Shown here: positions 1 to 6,988 of the stretch, piece after piece
How positions within the stretch are numbered: position 1 is the first letter of the stretch
Layout: each line of letters opens with the position of its first letter
Source: Spirochaetota bacterium
Lineage (GTDB): Bacteria > Spirochaetota > UBA4802 > UBA5550
Assembly (NCBI GenBank): GCA_050298055.1
Contig: JBNKTL010000073.1
Location: forward strand, 1-11,425
Direction: 5' to 3'
Length of the DNA stretch: 11,425 bases
Translations under genes and position numbers: made by a program
Notes under the pieces: model-generated
Databases searched by the model: none
What the model saw: the letters and a program-made list of their open reading frames with translations, nothing else
What the model was told of the DNA's origin: nothing

Positions 1-95
1 ACCTCGTTTTTTGAAGCTTGACTCATTCCTTCTTTTGGGATAACAAGAAAGATCAATAAAAATATCATTAAAGAATTCAGAATACTTTTTTTCAT
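1..95 (-). CDS. 5' end of a probable secreted/exported protein (continues beyond left edge)
   Basis: Manual translation from ATG at 95-93 gives MKKSILNSLMIFLLIFLVIPKEGMSQASKNE..., open to the edge. Basic N-terminus plus hydrophobic stretch resembles a signal peptide. Strong SD (GAGGAGAGG) lies 5 nt upstream. Absent from the ORF track. Confidence 0.75.
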   Translation of the reverse strand, partial: MKKSILNSLMIFLLIFLVIPKEGMSQASKNE

Positions 96-610
96 AGTAA
101 CCTCTCCTCATATCAGAATTTAAAATACTGGACGATCATAAAGGAATTTAAGAATTCAATTCCAGTAATCATAAACCTTCACTGACAAAAAATAATTTCG
201 ATCAGAAAAACCGGGGCCGTATTTTTATTATCTGAATCTCTGAAAAATAAAAGCAACACATCACATCCTGTCAATGAAGCACTCATTTATTTAATTTTGT
301 CAATAAGAAATGGAGTGAATGAGAGCCCCATGTAATGAACGCTACACAGGGTGTAATAAACGACATCATATTTTTAAAAAATGAACAAACATGTGTTAAA
401 TGTCATTTGGATATTATTCGTTATTTTTAATTGCTTTTTCAAAGAGTGATGGTTAATTTCAAAGAAGCTGCTGCTGTCTCATCAAAATATTCGGGGCGGG
501 AAGATAAAAAATTCTGTTAAGTTTAAAAATTTATTTTAATCAAAACAAATAAAAGTGTTTATATTTATACCCGGAATGATTAATCTGCCGCATGAACAAA
601 GGAAATAACA

Positions 611-1714
611 ATGATAACAAAACAGGATATAATCAACGAATCGAAAAAATACGGTTTTGAGGACATCGGCTTCACCACCGCCGAACCCTTTGAATCACAC
701 AGGGATTTTCTCACGGAAAACAGTGAAGTCTACGACTGGCTGGCCCCGTGGCTTCTGAAAGGCTATGATCCCAGGAGTTTTCTTCCCGGGGCAAAGAGCA
801 TCATTGTCCTTATGGAGATCTACTTCAGGGAAGGCTATCCTCACCCCATGGAGAAACACTTCGGCAGGTGTTACCTGGATGACGACAGGCAGACAAAGGA
901 CGGTCTTGCCCTGAGGATAAAGGGGTTCAGGAGTTTTCTCCGGGACAACGGGATCGACTCAAAACTTCCCTTTAACTCCCCCCACAGGATGGCCGCGGCC
1001 CGTTCCGGGCTGGGGACTTTCGGGAAGAACTGCCTCTTCTACACGGGGAGGACGGCCCGTCAGAGCTCATGGAACCTTCCCATCGCCCTTATTATCGACC
1101 GGGAGTTCGAGCCGGACGAACCCTCAATTGAGATGGGCTGTCCCTCATGGTGCAGGAACGCCTGTATATCCGCCTGCCCAACCCGGGCCCTTACCGGCCC
1201 CTGCAGGATCGACCCCAGGAGATGCGTCTCCTACCTCACCTATTACGGTGATGAGCTCACGCCCCGGGAGCTCAGGGAACCCATGGGGCTCTACGTCTAC
1301 GGGTGCGACCAGTGCCAGAATGTCTGCCCCCGGAACCATCCCTGGCTGGCCTCTGATCTGCCCCTTAACCGGAAGGTCGTTGTGAAGGCCCCTGATTTTG
1401 AACTCACAAAACTTCTCCATATGGACAGAGAGTATTACGAGAAAAAGATCTGGCCCCACATGTTCTACATCTCCCCTGAAAACATCTGGAAGTGGAAGAT
1501 GAACGTGGCCCGGGTCATGGGAAACACCCTGGACCCCCTCTCTGTTCCCGAACTTGTCCGTGCGTTCCGTGAAAATGACGACGAACGTGTCAGGGGAATG
1601 TGCGCCTGGGCACTGGGAAGGATCGGCGGAGAAGAAGCACGCTCAGCGCTGAAGGATTTTCTCAAAGAGAGCATGGGGAGTGTCAGGGAGGAGATTGAGC
1701 TGGCACTGAATTAA
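611..1714 (+). CDS. Epoxyqueuosine reductase (QueG) family cobalamin/2x[4Fe-4S] protein with C-terminal HEAT repeat; divergent
   Basis: GFEDIGF N-terminus, PRSFLPGAKSII, AARSGLGTFGKN, Cys clusters CPSWCRNACISACP / RRCVSYLT / YGCDQCQNVCP, and HEAT-like DERVRGMCAWALGRIG all follow QueG architecture. SD AAAGGA at 598-603. Confidence 0.85.
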   Translation: MITKQDIINESKKYGFEDIGFTTAEPFESHRDFLTENSEVYDWLAPWLLKGYDPRSFLPGAKSIIVLMEIYFREGYPHPMEKHFGRCYLDDDRQTKDGLALRIKGFRSFLRDNGIDSKLPFNSPHRMAAARSGLGTFGKNCLFYTGRTARQSSWNLPIALIIDREFEPDEPSIEMGCPSWCRNACISACPTRALTGPCRIDPRRCVSYLTYYGDELTPRELREPMGLYVYGCDQCQNVCPRNHPWLASDLPLNRKVVVKAPDFELTKLLHMDREYYEKKIWPHMFYISPENIWKWKMNVARVMGNTLDPLSVPELVRAFRENDDERVRGMCAWALGRIGGEEARSALKDFLKESMGSVREEIELALN

Positions 1715-2121
1715 AAAGGGTTTTCAACCCTGACACCTCTTATGACCTGTCCGGGATTTAAATCTTCAGTTAATAGTAACTCGCAATGAGCAAATTCAGC
1801 AGAACATATTATCAGTGAATCCCAAAAAGATAAACTGTTAAAAATACTACAGTCAATCGCTTCGTTTATAATCCCCGTCGTTACTGTAACAACTTCAAAG
1901 TTATTGAAAGAATGCATTATCTTTTTAGCATCAATTGCATTAACATTTAATTTTCTTGTAACTGAAACAAAAAATTCCTGGAGTACCTGTGTTGAAATAA
2001 CACCTGTCCTGGATTCAGATAACTTTTTCAATCTTAAACGGGAAATATTTCTCTTTTTTTTATTAAAATTATCCAATGAATAGATGAGTATATTAGTATC
2101 TATAAAAACCTTAGGTGTCAT
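1711..2121 (-). CDS. vapC: PIN-domain ribonuclease toxin (VapC family)
   Basis: Acidic PIN motifs are all present (FIDTNILIY, STQVLQEF, LSFWDSLI, LLTEDL), with a typical VENPF C-terminus. Overlaps the upstream antitoxin by 11 bp. Confidence 0.93.
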   Translation of the reverse strand: MTPKVFIDTNILIYSLDNFNKKKRNISRLRLKKLSESRTGVISTQVLQEFFVSVTRKLNVNAIDAKKIMHSFNNFEVVTVTTGIINEAIDCSIFNSLSFWDSLIICSAEFAHCELLLTEDLNPGQVIRGVRVENPF

Positions 2122-2335
2122 AAAGATCCTCTCTTTTCCACTTTTTCCCCCTTGAGTTTACTTTCACTTTGTCCATATTGGTGAAGCATTCATCGAGCCA
2201 GAGTCCGGAATGAGATTCAACAGTCTGTTCCAGAAGTTTCCGGATCATAGCGTTGAGAGATGTGTTCTTTTTCCTGGCATACTCCCGGCTTTTTTTCAGC
2301 AGCTTTTCGTTTATGGAGATGGTTACATTAGGCAT
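2111..2335 (-). CDS. vapB: Ribbon-helix-helix antitoxin (VapB-type, DUF6364-like)
   Basis: 74 aa with RHH-like N-terminus NVTISINEKLLKKSREYA...SLNAMIRKLL and C-terminal WKREDLY. Translationally coupled to the PIN gene. SD GAGGT at 2346-2342. Confidence 0.85.
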   Translation of the reverse strand: MPNVTISINEKLLKKSREYARKKNTSLNAMIRKLLEQTVESHSGLWLDECFTNMDKVKVNSRGKKWKREDLYDT

Positions 2336-2353
2336 AGGATTACCTCACAATAG

Positions 2354-2368
2354 ACACATATTATGTGT
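2354..2368. promoter_or_regulatory. Probable vapBC autorepression operator
   Basis: Perfect palindrome ACACATA-T-TATGTGT just downstream of the -10 box, over the expected transcription start. Confidence 0.7.
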
Positions 2369-2371
2369 ACA

Positions 2372-2400
2372 AATATACTGTGTAAAATTTAAATTGTCAA
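2372..2400 (-). promoter_or_regulatory. Sigma70-type promoter of vapBC
   Basis: Minus strand reads TTGACA (2400-2395), 17-bp spacer, TATATT (2377-2372). Confidence 0.75.
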
Positions 2401-2403
2401 TTA

Positions 2404-2811
2404 TTATTTGGAGAATTTATGTAATGACCCCGCAACCGCAATATCGGACACCAGTTCCCGTATCTCCCCCGGGTATCCGCTTTCATTATCATTGGCCACA
2501 CCGATGACAAAATATTCCTTACCCGGTTCCAGTCCCGGGATAGAGAACTCACCTGAATTTTTGTCACCGGGAGCGCACAGGACCATGTCACCCACAGGAC
2601 TTCCCTTTGACGACCTCTGCACAAAGACAAGAAGACTCATCCCCTCAAGGTGCCGGGAGACCCTATACCTGCAGTTGATCTCCCCGGCAAAGCTCCCTGT
2701 TTCCGCTTCCAGTTCCAGGACTCTCTCCTTAAACACCGGAATGAAATCGAAATACGCGCCGCTGCAGTTGATATTCCTGTAGCTTCTCCTCCTGAAGGTG
2801 TGAGTGTTCAT
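2404..2811 (-). CDS. Hypothetical protein with fibronectin type III/Ig-like C-terminal pattern
   Basis: 135-aa ORF with strong SD (AAGGGGAGGA). GEFSIPGLEPGKEYFVIGVA resembles the FN3 'GLxPGxxY' signature. No signal peptide evident. Confidence 0.6.
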   Translation of the reverse strand: MNTHTFRRRSYRNINCSGAYFDFIPVFKERVLELEAETGSFAGEINCRYRVSRHLEGMSLLVFVQRSSKGSPVGDMVLCAPGDKNSGEFSIPGLEPGKEYFVIGVANDNESGYPGEIRELVSDIAVAGSLHKFSK

Positions 2812-3229
2812 TGTTTTCCTCCCCTTATCATAATTGTCAGATGGTACCGTGTATTATTAATACGATCGGGGAGATAATTTATTAAAATTTTTTTGGGGGG
2901 ACAGGAAAAAAAATTATTATTCCCTGTTGTATGTTTGTTTCTCATATATCATTCCCCACTTCGGTCCCGGATCTTTTATAGAGAGTAAAGAGTTCCTCGG
3001 TCCCGGTCGCGTAATATTGTAACGTTATGGGGGTAATGGGAAATAGAGGCTTAACTCTTTTAAAATTGTCAAAGCATTTTACCCGGGATAATATCAATTA
3101 AATTTTTAAATCCAAAATACTGTTTAATCTAACTCGAAAATTGAAAAGGATCTTCCGGATACGCCTTCATTCTCTGGTAAATGGGGGGAGAGAAGAGAGG
3201 GAGAAGTTTCGGGTTTAAAAGACGATAAA

Positions 3230-3445
3230 TTATTTTTTCGTAAATCCCTTTATGATCCATTTTACGGCATAGAGAATAATCCAGAGAAACGCTGCAAAAA
3301 CCAGTAATAAGGTACCCAGTCCTTTCGCCTCCTCATTACTTTCGGAAATACCGGAAATGAAAAAAAAGAGTCCGATAGGGAAGATAAAAATTGATAAAAC
3401 AATAACTATCCTTTTTAAACCGTTTTCCCAGTTTAAATTATTCAT
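3230..3445 (-). CDS. Small membrane protein (two predicted TM helices)
   Basis: 71 aa with two hydrophobic segments (IVIVLSIFIFPIGLFFFI; LGTLLLVFAAFLWIILYAV) flanked by Lys/Arg. SD AGGGAGGA upstream. Confidence 0.75.
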   Translation of the reverse strand: MNNLNWENGLKRIVIVLSIFIFPIGLFFFISGISESNEEAKGLGTLLLVFAAFLWIILYAVKWIIKGFTKK

Positions 3446-3510
3446 TTTTTCCTCCCTGAAGAAAGGACCGGTTTTAGACTTCCTTTTTTATAAGTATAGC
3501 AATTACTCCA

Positions 3511-3540
3511 ATAATAATATTATTACAGAGTAAGTGTCAA
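3511..3540 (-). promoter_or_regulatory. Possible sigma70 promoter for the small membrane protein gene
   Basis: Minus strand reads TTGACA (3540-3535), 18 bp, TATTAT (3516-3511). The AT-rich context weakens the -10 match. Confidence 0.4.
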
Positions 3541-3562
3541 TAAAAATAAAGTGAGGTGAGCC

Positions 3563-5404
3563 TCAAAGAAGCGCGGCAAATTCTTCCAGGCCATTCTCTT
3601 TCAAATTCGCTTTTATCTCACTACGGGGATATCCGATCTTCCTCTTGAAGCAGCTCTTCATCCACTTTGCGGTTCTCTTCCGGTTCTCCTTATCCTGGAA
3701 CCAGCGGGAAAATTCCTTTCCCTTTCCCAGTTCCTCAAAGAAGGAATCCTGGAGTTCCCCGTCATCGGTCATGAGAAACCCGGTCCGGAGCCGGTGTCCC
3801 GCATCCTCATTCCTGTATTTTTTGAGAAGTTTCGGTATGATCGTTTCCCGGTTCACCACATCGTGCTCCATATCGATAACGGAGAGATAATCCATGTAGC
3901 TTTCCATATATTCCGGGTCCTTTGAGACAAGGGCTTCCACGGCCCATGCCAGGGCAGTGGTCTCAATGTCCGTATAGAGTTCCCCGTGCTTATCGTAGGA
4001 GACATAGTTCTCGATGATCTTTCGTATCACGGGGAGGGCTTCCGGATATTCCGCCGCCTTTTTGAAGAACTTTTTCTCATCAAGGCTCTTTTTCCCATCC
4101 TTGATAAGGAAGGCAAGGGTTTCACCGCTGCGGATCTTTTTTATCTTTCTTGTGAGCTTCTCGATTTCATTGAGGGCAGAAAGAAGATCATCGCGATCCT
4201 GGATATTCTTTACGGTCACAGTAACGAGGCCCAGCTCCTCCTTTTTCTTTTTTGCCTTTTTTGAAACGGTGAAGTGCCCGTAGGGGTCAAACTCCACGGC
4301 ATCCACCTCTATGAACTCATCCTTTCCGAAGAGGTCACGGTCGGGGAGGGTGAGCCGGTACCAGGTGTCGTGCTGCCTTAAGATAATCTCCGGTTCATTG
4401 ACACTTTCGATGTGGGTATGGAACCTCTTGTTCATAAAGGGGGGATAGGGCATCCCTTTCTCCTTTGCCAGGACATAGCTGGAAAGCCGGGAACCGTCCA
4501 GGGCGATCTTTCGCAGGACCCCCCCCTGGTAGCAGATCCAGAAATAACCGTCCCCGGTAAACTTGACGGTATTGATGAAATCCGTAAACTCGTCCGTATC
4601 TTCCGTAAGCTGATTCTCCGCAAAGGCCTCCCTCAGTTCCTCCACCAGGGGATCCGGTTCTTTCTCGTCGCCATAGGACCCCACCTGCTCCGGGGGGAAT
4701 TCACGGGCCGGGATAATCACGGTATCCTTGAAGGTGTCCAGATCAAAAACAGCCACCTTGGAAACAAAAAGTTCCTTTCCCCCGCTCTTCTTTATCTCAA
4801 GATCGTAGTAACGGCGGACCCCGATATTGTTTTCCGTGTCAATCCAGGGAGGGAAGGCATCAAAATCGGAATGCCGGCTGAGGGAAAGATCGTACCGTGT
4901 ATGCTTTTTTCCCGAGGGATCCAGGGTGATAAACCCGTGCTCCTCATCGTCTCCATCCAGGAAGTAGACAATAAAAGTCCCGTCCTTTCTCCGCCAGAAA
5001 CCGTAGTCATGGAGGGGATGCTCAAATTTAAACTCCTTCACAATGCTGAATTTTGACAGCTCCATAACCGCAAGGTTTTCCACACGGGGCTTGTCGGACT
5101 TGAGATAGAGGTAGAGGAATTTCCCGTCATCGGAGAGAAGGGCGCGGGAAGAGAGTCCTGCCTTAAAATCGTTGAAATAGAGCCTGCTCTTCTGTTCAAC
5201 ATCGAAACACCAGAGGGCCCCCTCCCAGTCCATGATCATAAACCGGGAACCGTCGATAAATGTTTTCAGCACGATGGGGTTAGTGTTCCTGTCCAAGGGA
5301 AACTGCCAGACCAGTTCTCCCCCCTCCCCCTGTTTTTCGAAAACCCGGACCACATTGGTTTTCTCCCGAAGGATCTGAATGACGTATCTGTTTTCCTTTT
5401 CCAT
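3563..5404 (-). CDS. Hypothetical protein: N-terminal beta-propeller-like region plus helical C-terminal domain
   Basis: 613-aa uninterrupted ORF. Propeller-blade-like motifs (LWCFDVE, LSDDGKFLY, VAVFDLDTFK, FTGDGYFWI) are followed by a Lys-rich linker and a helical, charged C-terminal third. Confidence 0.8.
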   Translation of the reverse strand: MEKENRYVIQILREKTNVVRVFEKQGEGGELVWQFPLDRNTNPIVLKTFIDGSRFMIMDWEGALWCFDVEQKSRLYFNDFKAGLSSRALLSDDGKFLYLYLKSDKPRVENLAVMELSKFSIVKEFKFEHPLHDYGFWRRKDGTFIVYFLDGDDEEHGFITLDPSGKKHTRYDLSLSRHSDFDAFPPWIDTENNIGVRRYYDLEIKKSGGKELFVSKVAVFDLDTFKDTVIIPAREFPPEQVGSYGDEKEPDPLVEELREAFAENQLTEDTDEFTDFINTVKFTGDGYFWICYQGGVLRKIALDGSRLSSYVLAKEKGMPYPPFMNKRFHTHIESVNEPEIILRQHDTWYRLTLPDRDLFGKDEFIEVDAVEFDPYGHFTVSKKAKKKKEELGLVTVTVKNIQDRDDLLSALNEIEKLTRKIKKIRSGETLAFLIKDGKKSLDEKKFFKKAAEYPEALPVIRKIIENYVSYDKHGELYTDIETTALAWAVEALVSKDPEYMESYMDYLSVIDMEHDVVNRETIIPKLLKKYRNEDAGHRLRTGFLMTDDGELQDSFFEELGKGKEFSRWFQDKENRKRTAKWMKSCFKRKIGYPRSEIKANLKENGLEEFAALL

Positions 5405-5534
5405 TGTACCTGCCCTTTTTTATTCCTGATGGTAATCTGTATTAAATCTGAGCAACCAGTTAAAACCGAAAAAAGGAATGCAGGTCAAGATCTTTTTTAA
5501 TTTACTCCGTGGAAAAAATGAAGAAGAATATTTG

Positions 5535-5598
5535 CCACAGAGGCGCGGAGGCACAGAGAAGAGTTATGAAGAGAATGAAGAGGTCTCACACAGAGCGC
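5535..5598 (+). repeat. CACAGAG-type short 9-nt-period repeat with a partial second copy
   Basis: CCACAGAGG-CGCGGAGG-CACAGAG at 5535-5558 and CACACAGAGCGC at 5587-5598. Confidence 0.55.
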
Positions 5599-5605
5599 TT
5601 AAAGA

Positions 5606-6730
5606 TTATGGATTCCCGCAGCATTTCTTGTATTTTTTTCCGCTTCCGCAGGGACAGGGTTCGTTTCTGCCGGTTTTTTTTACAAGTTTCATGCCGGGTT
5701 TTTTGTCCATGCCCGCATTATGCTGCCGGCTCTCAATATATTCCTTTAAATCCGATTCATCTTCCAGATCTATCCCCTCCTCCACTGCACCTTTCAGCAG
5801 GGCCTTTCCAACTCCCCAGTTTGAGGGATCATTGGACGCATCCAGTACTCTTTCACCGATGCCGGCGATTTTTTCCGATATACTTTTCCCTTCAGGGATA
5901 ACCCCCTCTTCATATCCGAAAAGCATAAAAGCCCGCAACACAGCTTCAACAGACCCGAAGAACTCATCCCCTCCCATGACCTTTCCCGGGAGGATGGATG
6001 TGCAGCACTTAGACACGGCCAGGATTTCCCAGTTTTCCGGAAGAAGAAGAAAATAGTTATACATCATCTCGCTGAATGCCGTTATGATAAACTCGGCTTC
6101 TTCCTTTTCCGTATTGCTGAACTTCCGGTACCGGGAGGTCTCTATAAATTTTGCAAAGAGAGATGCGATTCTCTCTTTCATCAAATTAAAATCTTCTTCG
6201 GAATATTCTCTCCCCTCGCCTGCACCGCCGGGAAGTTCATCTTCATCCATGAGAAGACAGTCCATTACGGTTTTTGTGTGTATGATCATCACAGGGACCG
6301 CTTCCTCCCTTATTGAACCGGATATATTACCAGGCAGTTCAACAAAAAGGCTGATGAGGAAGTCCATAAGAAAGGGCTGATTGTTATATCGATAAAGTGA
6401 TTCAATGAAGCTTTTATCTGTACTCTCCCGGTTTGCCAGTATTTCATGCTGAAGATCTATATTCCTTTCCAGCTGAAAGTCAAGGTCCAGGGGTGAGATC
6501 TTTCTCTTGCAGTCCAGGACCGATTTTATGATACGCCATCCGGTGAGGACCACATGGTTAAGGATGTTCCTTTCATCGGTGGTGAAGTAGTCATCCTCAA
6601 CCTCCATCAGGTATTGAAATATATCCGGCTGCTCCTTTAAGCACTTCTGGATGAGAAAGCGGAGGACATATTTCCTTTTGTGCAGAGTGTTAAATACACT
6701 GTCTATATCTTTTTCGGCTATCTGTTTCAT
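5606..6730 (-). CDS. SEC-C metal-binding motif-containing protein
   Basis: 374 aa ending in a canonical SEC-C motif, GRNEPCPCGSGKKYKKCC. Too short for SecA and lacks its ATPase motifs. No clear SD. Confidence 0.85.
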   Translation of the reverse strand: MKQIAEKDIDSVFNTLHKRKYVLRFLIQKCLKEQPDIFQYLMEVEDDYFTTDERNILNHVVLTGWRIIKSVLDCKRKISPLDLDFQLERNIDLQHEILANRESTDKSFIESLYRYNNQPFLMDFLISLFVELPGNISGSIREEAVPVMIIHTKTVMDCLLMDEDELPGGAGEGREYSEEDFNLMKERIASLFAKFIETSRYRKFSNTEKEEAEFIITAFSEMMYNYFLLLPENWEILAVSKCCTSILPGKVMGGDEFFGSVEAVLRAFMLFGYEEGVIPEGKSISEKIAGIGERVLDASNDPSNWGVGKALLKGAVEEGIDLEDESDLKEYIESRQHNAGMDKKPGMKLVKKTGRNEPCPCGSGKKYKKCCGNP

Positions 6731-6771
6731 AGTGGTGTGCCGGTTTACAATTATTGGGAAAGAAGTATCAC

Positions 6772-6810
6772 GGTGTTGAATTTTTGTCTATAAAAAACAG
6801 GGTGTTGAAT
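6772..6810. repeat. 10-bp direct repeat GGTGTTGAAT x2 (possible regulator site)
   Basis: Exact copies at 6772-6781 and 6801-6810, upstream of the SEC-C gene. Confidence 0.5.
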
Positions 6811-6811
6811 A

Positions 6812-6854
6812 AAAAAGTTTTAATGATCCGGGCGCGGGAGGAGTATTAATGATT
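6812..6854. repeat. Imperfect 43-bp dispersed direct repeat, copy 1
   Basis: AAAAAGTTTTaATGATCCGGgcgcGGGAggAGTATTAATgATT; 35/43 ungapped identity to 11301-11343. Confidence 0.8.
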
Positions 6855-6926
6855 ATGCCGATATTTTCACATACATGAACTTTATATTGCCAATGCAAAA
6901 AGAACATTTGAACCGGTCAGGTGATA

Positions 6927-6953
6927 AAAAAGTTACCAATATGGTAACTTTTT
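6927..6953. promoter_or_regulatory. Probable HigA operator
   Basis: Perfect inverted repeat AAAAAGTTACCA-ATA-TGGTAACTTTTT ending 1 bp before the -35 box. Confidence 0.75.
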
Positions 6954-6954
6954 A

Positions 6955-6983
6955 TTGACAATGTAATGTGATGAAGGCATATT
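6955..6983 (+). promoter_or_regulatory. Sigma70-type promoter of higBA
   Basis: TTGACA (6955-6960), 17-bp spacer, CATATT (6978-6983). Confidence 0.7.
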
Positions 6984-6988
6984 GATAG

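Noticed and set aside
96..610. Cobalamin or preQ1 riboswitch upstream of the QueG-like gene
   Set aside because: No recognisable B12-box or preQ1 consensus; only an isolated GGGAAG.
1128..1674. ORFs 1128-1385 (+), 1145-1459 (-), 1465-1674 (-)
   Set aside because: Alternative-frame or antisense shadows of the QueG-like gene with no motifs.
2253..2877. ORFs 2253-2507, 2397-2630, 2408-2782, 2650-2877
   Set aside because: They overlap vapB, its promoter or the better-supported 2404-2811 gene, which has a strong SD.
2987..3060. Integron attC site (also considered for 8406-8439 and 11223-11286)
   Set aside because: RYYYAAC...GTTRRRY cores are absent or in the wrong order, the sites do not resemble each other, and there is no integrase.
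3645..5056. ORFs inside the 613-aa gene, including 214-aa 4412-5056 (+)
   Set aside because: Antisense or alternative-frame shadows with no recognisable domain.
5478..6380. ORFs 5478-6056, 5509-5901, 6084-6380 (+)
   Set aside because: Antisense to the SEC-C gene; PQHFLYFFPLPQGQGSF is simply the reverse-strand reading of the SEC-C motif.
5606..6730. secA
   Set aside because: Only the C-terminal SEC-C motif is shared; no ATPase motifs and far too short.
6772..6810. CRISPR or mini-array (also 2961-3006)
   Set aside because: Only two 10-bp units each; too short, and no cas genes.
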